In this document: positions 51,336 through 61,881 of the stretch, piece by piece
How positions within the stretch are numbered: the first letter of the stretch is position 1
Layout: every line of letters starts with the position of its first letter
Assembly (NCBI GenBank): GCA_963796455.1
Contig: CAWCLO010000010.1
Coordinates: 160,001 to 224,000, forward strand
Length of the DNA: 64,000 nucleotides
Source of the DNA: Candidatus Sulfomarinibacteraceae bacterium
GTDB lineage: Bacteria; Acidobacteriota; Thermoanaerobaculia; Thermoanaerobaculales; Sulfomarinibacteraceae
Reading direction: 5' to 3'
The notes under the pieces: generated by a model
What the model was told of the DNA's origin: nothing
What the model saw: the letters and a program-made list of their open reading frames with translations, nothing else
Databases searched by the model: none
Program-made: the position numbers and the translations under genes

Positions 51336-52448
51336 TTAGTCCGCGATACGGATCTGATTCTTGCCATCTTCCTTGCCGCGGTACATGGCCAGATCGGCGG
51401 CGCGCAACAGGAGGTTCTTTTTGAGGTCCGTGGTTCCCTGCCGAGGGAGGTGGTGCGGGTAGACGGCAACGCCGATCGAGCTGGTCAGCGGCTGACGCCA
51501 GTAGACCGGACCTTCGGCCCACGAGAAGGATCCCTGGAGAAACCTCGTATCGGCCAATTGGCGCTGAATCGAGGTTGCCACCTCGCAGGCCATCTCGAGA
51601 TCGTGGTCGGGGAGAATCACGACGAACTCGTCCCCGCCATAACGGGCGAGCGTCGCGTTCTCGTCCTCCACCGCCTTGGTCAAGAGATAGCCGAATTCTT
51701 TGAGCACCTGCGACCCGGCAAGGTGGCCGTGGGTGTCATTGACGCTTTTGAAATTGTCGATATCGAGAAAGAGCAAAGCCACCGTCGAACGGGTCACGTC
51801 CGAACGAATCAACTCTTCGCTGAGCCGGTGGTGAAAAAACCGATCGTTGTACAGACCGGTCAGATCGTCGCGACGGGCCATTTCATTGGCCCGCTGGGCA
51901 TCCAGCAGGTTTTCGATCGAGATCGAGGTATAGCGCGCAAAGATCTCGAGCATGTCCATGTTGCGCTCGGTGTAGTGCTTGTTGTCCGATCGGTTGAGAA
52001 GTTCGAGCACACCACACACCGCGCGCTCGATCCGCACCGGCACGGCCACCACGCCGGTTGTGTGAAACTGGTTGTCCTCGTCGATCTTGGAATAGAATTT
52101 TGGATCGTTTTGAGGATCCGCCATCAGATACGGTTCGCCGGTTCGGTAGACGTGCCCGACCACACCCTGGTCGGCAGGTACCGAGTTGCCGATCAGACCG
52201 GCGCCGGTTGGACCGAATGCCGCCACGAAGTAGAGCATGGTTTCCGAGGGCTTCTCGTGCTTGTCAACCGGCCGGTCCATGAGGATCGATCCCGCCATCG
52301 ACGGGACGAAATCGTTGGCCTTGCGGAGGATCTCACCGAGAAACGACGGCAGCTGCAGCTGTGACATCGCAAACGCGGAATAACGTTTGCGGTCGAGGAA
52401 GGGCTCAAGATCGCCCAACGGAAGGCTGTAGACCTCGGGTGGGCCCAT
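51336..52448 (-). CDS. GAF-domain diguanylate cyclase
   Basis: GAF (GVVGHV...AVPV...GVLELLN), DDLTGLYN, DIDNFKSVNDTHGH, RYGGDEF. Confidence 0.95.
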   Translation of the reverse strand: MGPPEVYSLPLGDLEPFLDRKRYSAFAMSQLQLPSFLGEILRKANDFVPSMAGSILMDRPVDKHEKPSETMLYFVAAFGPTGAGLIGNSVPADQGVVGHVYRTGEPYLMADPQNDPKFYSKIDEDNQFHTTGVVAVPVRIERAVCGVLELLNRSDNKHYTERNMDMLEIFARYTSISIENLLDAQRANEMARRDDLTGLYNDRFFHHRLSEELIRSDVTRSTVALLFLDIDNFKSVNDTHGHLAGSQVLKEFGYLLTKAVEDENATLARYGGDEFVVILPDHDLEMACEVATSIQRQLADTRFLQGSFSWAEGPVYWRQPLTSSIGVAVYPHHLPRQGTTDLKKNLLLRAADLAMYRGKEDGKNQIRIAD

Positions 52449-52460
52449 CTATCGATCGTA

Positions 52461-54131
52461 TCACGCACGCCGCATCAGACCCCGGAGACGCTCTTCAAGA
52501 TCAACCACGGTCTCGGTGTGATCGGCTCGCCCAGGAGCAAAACGAATCGCCTCGAGCTCACGGCGAAGCCGGTTCATCTCTTCCTCCAAGGGGCGTCCCT
52601 TGGGACGATCCCTGGCGTCGAGCCACCACCGCTCGAGGGCGATATGGAGCTCGCGCGCCCGTTCGGCGGGACTCTCCCCCGATCGTCTCGGTGGCAAGCC
52701 CGAACGGCGGCGGCGCGAGATGATCAGTGGTACGACGCCGCCGGCCAAACCACCGAGCAACAAAGCGCCGGCGATCCAGACCCAGGTCGGAGTTCCGCCT
52801 ACGGCTACGCCCGGTGCATCTTCGGAGACGGCTTCTTGTTCTTCCGCCGCTTCAGGCGTTTGGTCCGCGCTCGCGACCGGGGCCGGTGTGGGCTCCGGTG
52901 CAACCACCTCGAGGTGCAGAGGACCGATGGTCTGTTTCTGATAGGTACCCGCTGAGGGGTCGAAGACCGCCAACTGCACCGGCTTGAGTTCGAGGGCTCC
53001 CGGGATCCGCGGTACAAGAGTCATGCTCCAGGTCCGTGATCCGTGGATTCCCTGTGCGTCGACCTTGAAATTGCTGTCTTCTTCTGGTGGGTAGGTCTCA
53101 CAATCGGTGCAATTCGGCCACAGCGCCGGCGCCTCGACCATCGGCAGGTTGCCGTTGCCGCGTAGTCTGATCGTGACGACCGCCGACTCACCGAATTTGA
53201 TGGTCTTCGGCTCGACGCTCGCGGTGTAACGCAGGTCGCCCACCGCGCCGGCAAAGCCGTCGGTCATCGGTGGTCTGGAGGAGACCTCGATCACGCGTTC
53301 CCGCGACGACCGTTCCACCACCTGTTGCGGCCCGAAGACACTGGCATTGCGGAAACCGATTCGTGCCGACACCGAGGGCACGCTGACACTGCCGGTCTTG
53401 AGCGGGACCAACACGTTGCGGGCGACTACGAATCGATTGAAACGCACACCGTCCACCTCGACGACCTCGCCCGCGATCCGCTCCGGGGGCTCGACGCGTT
53501 GTGCCCACCAGCCCGGAAAAGCGGGCGGCGTCACCCATTCGAATCCATCGGGCGCGCCGGCGGTTGTGTCGAGCACGATGGTGGCGATGACGGTCTCACC
53601 GAGCGCCACCTCTTGGTGAGTCACGAGTTGGCGAAGCGCGACCCGAACCGAGCGCGCGGGTTGTCGCCGTCCAAAGAGATCTTCGAAAGGATCCGAGCCA
53701 AAGGGCGATCGACCGCGGCTGCGGCGCTGGGGCACCACGCTTCCGGGTACGACCTCGGCGGCTACCCGTTCGGCGGTCAACACCTGTTCCCCGAGCGTCA
53801 CCGTCACCGGACCGAGCGAAGCCTTGCCCACCGATTTGCCCTGCAGCACATAATTGAAGCTGACCGACCGGGTCGACGCACCGTTGACCCACGAAAACTC
53901 GGTATTGGTGGACGGACCAGAGACGATCTCGAGGTTGTTCAAATCCCCGAGATCCACTTCCGGGTTGCCGCTCGGCTCGGTGATGCGGACCGTCAACCGA
54001 GCCACATCCTCGATTCCGAATTCGCGCGGATCGAGGCGCACTTCCAGACTCGACTCGACGGCACCGAGACCCGCAGCGAGTAGCACCGCGGCGGCGGCAA
54101 ACCCGAGCACCATCCCGGGTCGAGGTCCCAT
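52461..54131 (-). CDS. batD: BatD-family protein
   Basis: Signal peptide, WVNG, GAVG...GNGN pattern, C-terminal TM; last gene of the Bat cluster. Confidence 0.8.
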   Translation of the reverse strand: MGPRPGMVLGFAAAAVLLAAGLGAVESSLEVRLDPREFGIEDVARLTVRITEPSGNPEVDLGDLNNLEIVSGPSTNTEFSWVNGASTRSVSFNYVLQGKSVGKASLGPVTVTLGEQVLTAERVAAEVVPGSVVPQRRSRGRSPFGSDPFEDLFGRRQPARSVRVALRQLVTHQEVALGETVIATIVLDTTAGAPDGFEWVTPPAFPGWWAQRVEPPERIAGEVVEVDGVRFNRFVVARNVLVPLKTGSVSVPSVSARIGFRNASVFGPQQVVERSSRERVIEVSSRPPMTDGFAGAVGDLRYTASVEPKTIKFGESAVVTIRLRGNGNLPMVEAPALWPNCTDCETYPPEEDSNFKVDAQGIHGSRTWSMTLVPRIPGALELKPVQLAVFDPSAGTYQKQTIGPLHLEVVAPEPTPAPVASADQTPEAAEEQEAVSEDAPGVAVGGTPTWVWIAGALLLGGLAGGVVPLIISRRRRSGLPPRRSGESPAERARELHIALERWWLDARDRPKGRPLEEEMNRLRRELEAIRFAPGRADHTETVVDLEERLRGLMRRA

Positions 54132-55879
54132 CACCAGTCCTTCTCGACCTTGCCGGGTTTCGGCGTCGGAGACCGCATGGCGTCGCGTGCCTCGGCCTCG
54201 GCCCGATCGAGAGCCGCATAGAGCGGTTGGTTGGGATCCGGAGTCGGGGTCGGCGCCGCTCCCTGGCCCTGTGATGGAGTCGGCGTCGGAGACGGTTCCT
54301 GGTCTTCTCCCTGTTGTTGCTCCTGATCCTGTTGCTGCTCCTGGTCCTGATCCTGCTCTTGCTGCTGTTGTTGTTCCTGTTCTTCGCGCAGCTTGAGAGC
54401 GAGTTCGTAGTTGTGCTTGGCCTGCAAATCGTTCGGATCGGCCAACATCGCACGCTGCAACCAGTGCAGGGCCTGATCGAGCTGTTGTCCCGAGAGCGCG
54501 GCGGTCCCCGAGTTGTAGGAAGCGCCGGCCACTCCTCCCTGATCGGCCGATGAGAGCAGCGGCGCAGCCCGCTCCAGATCGCCGGAAGCCGCAAGGGTGG
54601 TCCCGAGATCATAGAGACGTTCGGGGTTCTCAGGCTCGAGTTCAGCGGCGCCGGCAAAGGCCTTTGTTGCGGACTCGAGATCACGGGCCTGATACTGCTG
54701 GCTGCCTCGCCTCGCCAACCGCCGGCCTCCACCCGGAATGAGTCGTTGCCACCACGAGGCCGGTGGCAATGGGGCCGGCTCGGCGCGCTCGCCGGGGGGC
54801 GCTCCCTGCACTCTCGGTGGGGAAACTGCCGATGCATCCTGTTGTGCCGAGGCACCACCGGCCCAAAGCACACAGATCAGTCCCGCGGCGGCAAAACGAC
54901 GCCACGGCGACAGGGCAAAACCGACGAAAAGGAAGAGGGCCGCAAACCCCAGGAAGATCGGGAAGCGCTCGACGCGTCGAATCGAATTGCTCTCTTCCAC
55001 CTCCCTGGTCTGGAGATGGGAGATCGCGGCCGCGATCTGCGACACAACATCGGTCTCGTTCAAACTCACCACCTCGCCATCCACCTCGTCGGCGATCTCG
55101 CGCAAAACCTCAGGGTGAGCGCGGGTCACAACCGGTTGACCACCGCTGTCGCGTTTGTAGTGAACCCCTCCCTTACCGTCCGACTCCGGGATGGGTCCAC
55201 CGCGTTCGGTCCCCGCCACGATACCGAGCAGACCGACGCTGGCATCAAGCAATGAGGAAATTGCCGTTTCGACGTCACCCTGGAGATTCTCGCCATCGGT
55301 GAAGAGCATGAGGACCCGTCCGTCGCCCTCTTCAGGAAGCAGTTCGATGGAGCCCGCCACCGCCCGCTCCAGATTGGAGCCCGGCAGGGCGACCATCCCT
55401 GGTTGCACGCCCTCCAAAAAAACGGCGATTGCGCCGAGGTCCCTTGTCAGCGGCACCAATGGATAGGATTCGCCGGCGAAGATGACGACCGCCATGCGAT
55501 TGCCCTCAAGAAGCGGCAACAGCCGCTGTAGCGTCTCGATGCTGCGGGCAAGACGCGACGGCCTCACGTCTTCACACAACATGGAATCGGAAAGATCCAG
55601 CGCCACCACGAGGTCACGAGTTCGAACCGTCTCGACGGCCGGAAGCTCACCCCATTGCGGTCTCGCCAAGGCGACAACCAACAGGACCGCCGCCCCACAC
55701 CAGGCCAGCAGCCGCAACAAACCCGTCGATGGAATGCCACCGAGGAGTCGTAGCCACACCCCGGGCGCAGCCAGGCGCCGCTGTTGTTCGATCCGCCGGC
55801 GGTGCCGCAGCAACGACAGCAGGATCGCCACAACCGGGATCGCCAGCAGTGTGAGCCGAAACGGTTCCGCAAAACTCAC
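54131..55879 (-). CDS. VWA + TPR protein (BatB/BatC-like fusion) with Q-rich tail
   Basis: ARPQWG, DLSDSM MIDAS, TDGE, TPR YN.G motifs, QQQQEQDQ tail, ends EKDW. Confidence 0.88.
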   Translation of the reverse strand: MSFAEPFRLTLLAIPVVAILLSLLRHRRRIEQQRRLAAPGVWLRLLGGIPSTGLLRLLAWCGAAVLLVVALARPQWGELPAVETVRTRDLVVALDLSDSMLCEDVRPSRLARSIETLQRLLPLLEGNRMAVVIFAGESYPLVPLTRDLGAIAVFLEGVQPGMVALPGSNLERAVAGSIELLPEEGDGRVLMLFTDGENLQGDVETAISSLLDASVGLLGIVAGTERGGPIPESDGKGGVHYKRDSGGQPVVTRAHPEVLREIADEVDGEVVSLNETDVVSQIAAAISHLQTREVEESNSIRRVERFPIFLGFAALFLFVGFALSPWRRFAAAGLICVLWAGGASAQQDASAVSPPRVQGAPPGERAEPAPLPPASWWQRLIPGGGRRLARRGSQQYQARDLESATKAFAGAAELEPENPERLYDLGTTLAASGDLERAAPLLSSADQGGVAGASYNSGTAALSGQQLDQALHWLQRAMLADPNDLQAKHNYELALKLREEQEQQQQQEQDQDQEQQQDQEQQQGEDQEPSPTPTPSQGQGAAPTPTPDPNQPLYAALDRAEAEARDAMRSPTPKPGKVEKDW

Positions 55880-56874
55880 CACGGCATCCTCCCCATGACA
55901 CCCTCGAGGAGAGCTCCGGCGAGCACCAGAGCCAGAGCGGCAAAGGCCCACGGTTCAAAACGCTCCCGGTAGCGCACCAGGCGAGTCGAGGTGAAGACGG
56001 TCTTTTCCATGATGTCGATCTGGGCAAAGACCTCCTCCAGCGCCTCCGGATCGCGAGCACGAAAGGAAGCACCACCAGTTCCGCGCGCGATTTCCGCCAG
56101 GAGTTCGGGATTGACCTCGACCTCGACATTTCGGATCTGGGAAATTTCGCGGCCGCTGCGTGGATCGCGCATCCTGACCGGGATCGGGACGGTACCGCCG
56201 CGTCCGACCAGAACCGTGTGGACTGTGATCTTCTCGTCCCGCGCCAGTTCCGCCGCCGTGCGGGGGTCGAGTTGGCCGGCGTTGTTCGAACCATCGGTCA
56301 CCAGGATGATGACCTTGGAGTCCGCGTCCGAGTTGCGCAGACGATTGACCGCCGTGCCGATTCCGAGACCGATCGCGGTGCCATCGGGAAGTGTCCGCAG
56401 CTTGACCTGTTGCAGCAAGTGGCGGGCGACATCGTGATCGAGGGTGAGCGGACAGATGGTGACGGCCGCACCGGCAAAGACCACCAGACCGATCCGATCA
56501 TCCGGTCTCTGATCGAGGAAACCAGCGATGGTTTCCTTGGCCACACCGAGGCGGTCGCTGGGTTGGAAATCAAGCGCAGCCATCGATCCCGAGATATCGA
56601 GGGCAATCACCATGTCGACGCCCTCGGCGTGTTCGAGTTGCCTCGAAAGGACCTCCTGGGGCCTGGCGAGGGAAACCGCGAGCGGCGCGAAGGCCAGGGC
56701 TGCAAGAACGCCCGCCACCACCGTCAAACCGAAAAACCCCCGTCGGCTCTTTTCGGTACGGGCGGTCAGCGGAAATGGATAGCGCTGCCATCGGCGACGG
56801 AGAATCCACACCGCCATCGCCGCCAAGGCGACAGCCATGAGGACGAGCCACCACGGTTCAGCGAGCCGCATCAT
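55876..56874 (-). CDS. batA: VWA domain protein BatA
   Basis: LARPQ, DISGSM, PLTLDH, GTAIG, TDGSNNAG. Confidence 0.9.
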   Translation of the reverse strand: MMRLAEPWWLVLMAVALAAMAVWILRRRWQRYPFPLTARTEKSRRGFFGLTVVAGVLAALAFAPLAVSLARPQEVLSRQLEHAEGVDMVIALDISGSMAALDFQPSDRLGVAKETIAGFLDQRPDDRIGLVVFAGAAVTICPLTLDHDVARHLLQQVKLRTLPDGTAIGLGIGTAVNRLRNSDADSKVIILVTDGSNNAGQLDPRTAAELARDEKITVHTVLVGRGGTVPIPVRMRDPRSGREISQIRNVEVEVNPELLAEIARGTGGASFRARDPEALEEVFAQIDIMEKTVFTSTRLVRYRERFEPWAFAALALVLAGALLEGVMGRMPW

Positions 56875-57812
56875 CCGGCCACCTCCTCTGCCGCCGCTTC
56901 CTGCTCGGGCGAAAGCAGCGCGTCGATAGCTCGAGCGGCCTCGGCCGAGGTCCCGAGAATGGTCCGCATCTCCGATTCATCAGATGGAATCCGTCCGAAG
57001 CGCACCCGGTCGACCGTCGTCATGACGCCGTGAATGCCGCGCTGGATGCCCTCCGGCCAGCCCAAACGACGGACCAGCAACCGGAGCTCGAAGGAGGTCA
57101 TATCTTCGGCCGGCTCGCCGCACTGTCGCTGCAGATAGTGGCGAAGGCCCGAAGCAAGGCGATCACACACGCCTTCGGAGGGCTCACGACCAATTCGGTC
57201 CCCCAGCCGCGACAACAAGTCTTCGAATTCATCGAGCGGGGACACCACCGGCCGACCCGAAACAGCCTGTCCGAGGAGCCGCCGGCTGACACCGAACACC
57301 ATCCACGCAACACCGACCAGCGGCACGAGAAGCAGGGCCACCAGAGGCAGAACCCACTCCCACGGAAACCCGGTGACGCCGACAGGATCACGCAAGGGTT
57401 GGGGCTCCGCATCGCCCTCTTCGGGGAGTACCGAAACCACGGTCACGGCCGGGAGCTTCGCGGCGGAGACCTCAGAGGTCGTGCCGTCGTCTGATCGAAC
57501 CACCGCCAACGGCGACGGCAATTCCAGTTCGCCGAGTTCAAGGGGGGCCACCACAGCCTCCCATGCCGGCGGGCGGGCTTCGGGTATCTCCCGTGGTCCC
57601 TCCACCAATGCCCACCGACCCTCGGCATCGGCGGCGAGCTGCAATTCTCCCCACAAAAGGTTTTCACCACCCCGGGCCACCACTCGGATCGCAACCCGGT
57701 CGCCGACCCGAAAGGTGTCACCCGAGACCATCACATCGAGCGTCGGTTCCTCGGCCGCAACGCCACAGGTCACCGCGAGCAGAACGAGCAAAATGGAAAT
57801 TTCAGTGCGCAC
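56871..57812 (-). CDS. Hypothetical membrane protein of the MoxR/Bat cluster
   Basis: Signal peptide, central TM, LRHYL...A..MTS.E motif; translationally coupled on both sides. Confidence 0.8.
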   Translation of the reverse strand: MRTEISILLVLLAVTCGVAAEEPTLDVMVSGDTFRVGDRVAIRVVARGGENLLWGELQLAADAEGRWALVEGPREIPEARPPAWEAVVAPLELGELELPSPLAVVRSDDGTTSEVSAAKLPAVTVVSVLPEEGDAEPQPLRDPVGVTGFPWEWVLPLVALLLVPLVGVAWMVFGVSRRLLGQAVSGRPVVSPLDEFEDLLSRLGDRIGREPSEGVCDRLASGLRHYLQRQCGEPAEDMTSFELRLLVRRLGWPEGIQRGIHGVMTTVDRVRFGRIPSDESEMRTILGTSAEAARAIDALLSPEQEAAAEEVAG

Positions 57813-58692
57813 GCCGTCGCTCCCGACGTTCGAGCATCGATCGCACCGCCGGCAGGTAGTCCTCTCCGGTGTTGAGATCGATCACATCGATGCCCGGAGG
57901 GGGCACTTCGCGCGCAATCCTGCCGGGACCACGGATCACTCCGCGATCGCCGGTTTCGGGATCGATCGCAGGCAACGCCATGGCGCCGGCACCGTTTTCG
58001 AGCAGGGCATCACCAAGACGGACCACCACAACCTCGTGTCGACCGGACAGAGCGATCAGCTCGCGCCGAGGCAGAGGGCAAACCTGGTCGGCAAGGATGA
58101 TGACCACACCACGACGACGTAGCATCCGTCCGGCCGCACCAATCGCCTCGTCGAGAGCGGTTGCATCGCCCCGGGGCTCGGCAGCGAGGATTTCGCGCAC
58201 GACCCGCAGACCGTGGCGCCATCCGAGTCTTGGTGGAATGACTTTCCGGACTCCATCATCAAAAAGGATGGCTCCGACTCGGTCGCGCCGGGCCGCCGCG
58301 AGAGCAAAAAGCCCTGCGACCTCGGCGATGAGGTCGTGCACGGTCATCACCCCGGAACCAAAACGGGTCGAGGCGGAGAGATCAACCAGCAGGAGCACGT
58401 TGAGGTCTCGCTCCTCACGATAGCGTTTAACGTGCAGAAAACCGCTGCGCGCGGTCACGTTCCAGTCGATGGTGCGGACATCGTCGCCCGCCCGGTATTC
58501 GCGCACCTCCTCGAACTCGAGGCCGAGACCGCGAAAAGCGCTCTGATAGTCCCCGGACAGCCCCGATTCCATCGCCTGGCGGGCCCTGATCTCGAGGCGT
58601 CGAACCTGGGCGCGCAGCTCGGCCCCGGCCTCTCTGACCGGCGCCACCGGCTTCGGCCGCCCGAGGTACTTGGAAAACTTAAACCGAAACAC
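57802..58692 (-). CDS. DUF58 family protein
   Basis: GLEFEEVREYRAGDDVRTIDWNVTAR, DLSAS. Confidence 0.93.
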   Translation of the reverse strand: MFRFKFSKYLGRPKPVAPVREAGAELRAQVRRLEIRARQAMESGLSGDYQSAFRGLGLEFEEVREYRAGDDVRTIDWNVTARSGFLHVKRYREERDLNVLLLVDLSASTRFGSGVMTVHDLIAEVAGLFALAAARRDRVGAILFDDGVRKVIPPRLGWRHGLRVVREILAAEPRGDATALDEAIGAAGRMLRRRGVVIILADQVCPLPRRELIALSGRHEVVVVRLGDALLENGAGAMALPAIDPETGDRGVIRGPGRIAREVPPPGIDVIDLNTGEDYLPAVRSMLERRERRRAH

Positions 58693-58763
58693 GACCCGGC
58701 CTCTTCAGGCGCCCACGATTCCTGGGCATCCGATCGTTGCTTGAATACCAGATCCGGCGCTGC

Positions 58764-59747
58764 TCACGGCACCTCCACAGCGAGCAGGATCCGGTCCACG
58801 ATTTCTTCCACTGTCGCCCCCTCAGCCTCCGCCTCGTAGGTAAGTACCAGGCGATGACGGAGGACCGAAGGCGCGAGCTCCTTGACGTCTTCAGGAGTCA
58901 CAAAGGAACGCCCACGCACCAGCGCCAACGCGCGGGAGCCGATCGCCAGGGCGATCGATGCTCGCGGCGAGGCCCCAAAAGACAGCAGTGGCACCAGATC
59001 GCCGAGACCCACATCCGCCGGGGTCCGGGTGGCGGCCACCAGATTGACGATGTATGAACGAATCCGGTCGTCGAGATAAACCTCGCGAACGATTTTTTCG
59101 AGCTCCATGAGCTCCTCGACCGAACTGATCTGCCGGGGCGTCGGAAAAGTCTCACCGAGGTGGTATTCGAGAACCCGGCGCTCCTCTTCGGGCGCGGGGT
59201 AGCCGACAAATACCTTGAAGAGAAAACGATCCAACTGGGCCTCGGGCAAGGGATAGGTGCCCTCCTGCTCGATCGGATTCTGGGTTGCCAGCACGACAAA
59301 GGGCTCGGGCAGATCGTGGGTGGTGTCGCCGATGGTCACCTGACGCTCCTCCATGGCCTCGAGGAGGGCCGATTGAACCTTGGCCGGGGCGCGGTTGATT
59401 TCATCGGCAAGCACCAGGTTGCAGAACACCGGTCCGCGATGCGGCACGAACTGGGAAGTCCTGGGATCAAAAATCTGGGTTCCGGTGACATCCGCTGGAA
59501 GAAGATCCGGAGTGAACTGGAGGCGTTGGAAACTGCCGCCGATGACACCGGCCAGGGTCCGCACCGTCAAGGTCTTGGCAAGACCGGGAACTCCTTCGAG
59601 CAGAACATGACCGCGACACAGCATCGCGACCAGCAGGGACTCGATGAGACGGTCCTGTCCGACGACGACCTCTGCCACCGCACGTTGGATCTCACCGAGG
59701 CGAGCAGCCGCCCGATCGATGTTTCTGTTTTCCGCAGGTGTATCCAT
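58764..59747 (-). CDS. moxR: MoxR family AAA+ ATPase
   Basis: HVLLEGVPGLAKT, QFTPDLLPAD, DEINRAPAKVQSALLEAM, PLPEAQLDRF. Confidence 0.96.
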   Translation of the reverse strand: MDTPAENRNIDRAAARLGEIQRAVAEVVVGQDRLIESLLVAMLCRGHVLLEGVPGLAKTLTVRTLAGVIGGSFQRLQFTPDLLPADVTGTQIFDPRTSQFVPHRGPVFCNLVLADEINRAPAKVQSALLEAMEERQVTIGDTTHDLPEPFVVLATQNPIEQEGTYPLPEAQLDRFLFKVFVGYPAPEEERRVLEYHLGETFPTPRQISSVEELMELEKIVREVYLDDRIRSYIVNLVAATRTPADVGLGDLVPLLSFGASPRASIALAIGSRALALVRGRSFVTPEDVKELAPSVLRHRLVLTYEAEAEGATVEEIVDRILLAVEVP

Positions 59748-59950
59748 AACTCCTCCATGAGCCAACGGGCCCGCGTCGTTCAGACGCAAAGATCATGCCC
59801 GCACCAGACCTCTTTCACCGGACTCGAACGGCGTCGATTCGACCCGCCGACGCCAGATCGGCAGATTGAACCGCCCAAACCTCCCGCAAGTGTCGCAAAA
59901 ACCCAACATCAAGTAGAGGCATGGCGGCCGGTCAGTTTACAATGATCTTC

Positions 59951-61846
59951 ATGTCTCCGACCCATATCGGACGCTATGAGATCCAGTCGACTCTCGGCCG
60001 CGGTGCCATGGGAGTGGTGTATCTGGCGCTTGATCCGATTATCGATCGCAAGGTGGCGCTCAAAACAATGCGAGTTGACCTCGATGCCGAACACGCCGGA
60101 GAATTCCGCGAACGATTCGTTCGGGAAGCCCGGGCGGCGGGCCGGCTCAACCACCCCGGCATCGTGACGGTTCACGATGTTGGTGAGGACCCCGAATCCG
60201 GGCTGATGTACATCGCGATGGAGTATGTCGAAGGCCAGGACCTCAAATCGATCGCTTCCGAACATCGATTCCGACCCTCGGAGGCTGCACGAATCGCATC
60301 CGATGTCGCGACGGCCCTCGATTATGCCCACGGTCTGGGGGTCATCCACCGGGACATCAAACCCGCCAATATCATCCTCACACCTGACGGTTCCGCCAAG
60401 ATCACGGATTTCGGCATTGCCCGCTTCGAAACCTCGAATCTGACGGTCGACGGGCAATTCATCGGCACTCCCAACTTCATGTCGCCGGAACAGATCACGG
60501 GCAGACAGGTCGATGGGCGTTCCGATCTCTTCTCCCTCGGTGTGGTCCTCTTCAGCCTTCTCACCGGACGCCGCCCATTTGTCGGTGACACCATGCACGA
60601 GGTCACCCTCCGAATCGTTCAAGAACCAAGCCCGATACCGTCCACCCTCAGCGACGAGATTCCGGCCGCGCTGAATCCCATTGTTCTCAAGTGTCTCGAA
60701 AAAAACCCTGACAAACGCTTTCAAACCGGTCGCGAGTTGGCCCGTGTTCTGGCCGCCGTTGCCGGTTCGTTGGTCGATCGAGAACCCGACGACAAAGGAA
60801 GCACGGGTGTGTTCCAGCCCGACCTTGAAACCCGTATCCACGGTGAATCGCCAACCGCGGAGTCGGGGCCAGGGAGGGCGCGGAGCCCGGCCTCGGTTTT
60901 TTCGTTGTGGAAGCGCATTCCAATGCCGGAGTGGCTGCAATGGGAGATCGATCTGCGCTGGTTCCTGGCCCTCTCGGCGGCCATGGTGCTGATCCTGGTC
61001 CTTACCCTGACCATCCTCCGTTCAACCATCGATCGCGGGCCCTTTGCGGCCCCGTCGCTCGCCTCGACAAAGAACCTCAATGGGGTGGTGGCGGCAATGG
61101 ATCGCGCCCGCAGCCAACTGGCCGCCGGTCAACTCGATGCCGCTGAGGCCTCGGCGATGGCAGCAGTCGATCAGGCCCCGACCTCGCCAAAGGCCCGTGA
61201 GTTGGCGCAAAGAATTCACCGGGCGGTGGAGGAGCAGCGAACCAGCGCCGCCAACCAGCTGTTGGTCGCCGAGCTGATCGAGGAGGGCCGCAGGCTCTAT
61301 CGCCGTGAGGATTATCCCGAAGCGGCGGCGCAACTCAGAGAGGCCCTCGAACTCGACCCCAAGAACGAGGTCGCCGCCTCCTACCTCGATCTTTCGCTCG
61401 AACGGATGCGCGCCAGGTCGAGCAGCCGATCAAATCCTTCGAGCACCCGCGGCGCGACCGGTGCGGTTCCGACGACGGAAGCGCCACCTCTCGCAACGCC
61501 CACCGCCGGCATCGCCAGACTCACGCTGTCGTTCGATTCGCCGGTGAGCTCCGGAACGATTCTGATCACCCTCGACGGCGAGTCGTTGTCAGAGATTCCC
61601 TTCGATTTTTCGGCCAAGGCATTTCTCGGGTTCCGCCGCAAGGGAACCGGAACCATCAAACGCGTCGTTCTCACCCCGTCGGGCCGCCACCAGATCGGCG
61701 TTCAACTCATGCGGCCGCAACAGGGTCTGCTTGGATCGAAAGAATTTGGCGTCGAGCTTGCTCCCGACAGCCTATGGTCACTCCGAATCGACATGCCTTC
61801 CGCAACGGCCGCACCGAATTTCTTTCTCGTGCAATCGGCCCGGTGA
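59951..61846 (+). CDS. Hanks-type Ser/Thr protein kinase with TM segment and extracytoplasmic TPR region
   Basis: LGRGAMGVV, VALK, HRDIKPAN, DFG, GTPNFMSPE, TM, TPR. Confidence 0.95.
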   Translation: MSPTHIGRYEIQSTLGRGAMGVVYLALDPIIDRKVALKTMRVDLDAEHAGEFRERFVREARAAGRLNHPGIVTVHDVGEDPESGLMYIAMEYVEGQDLKSIASEHRFRPSEAARIASDVATALDYAHGLGVIHRDIKPANIILTPDGSAKITDFGIARFETSNLTVDGQFIGTPNFMSPEQITGRQVDGRSDLFSLGVVLFSLLTGRRPFVGDTMHEVTLRIVQEPSPIPSTLSDEIPAALNPIVLKCLEKNPDKRFQTGRELARVLAAVAGSLVDREPDDKGSTGVFQPDLETRIHGESPTAESGPGRARSPASVFSLWKRIPMPEWLQWEIDLRWFLALSAAMVLILVLTLTILRSTIDRGPFAAPSLASTKNLNGVVAAMDRARSQLAAGQLDAAEASAMAAVDQAPTSPKARELAQRIHRAVEEQRTSAANQLLVAELIEEGRRLYRREDYPEAAAQLREALELDPKNEVAASYLDLSLERMRARSSSRSNPSSTRGATGAVPTTEAPPLATPTAGIARLTLSFDSPVSSGTILITLDGESLSEIPFDFSAKAFLGFRRKGTGTIKRVVLTPSGRHQIGVQLMRPQQGLLGSKEFGVELAPDSLWSLRIDMPSATAAPNFFLVQSAR

Positions 61847-61881
61847 TGCATCCCGACCGCCCAACCCGGGGCGATTGATTT

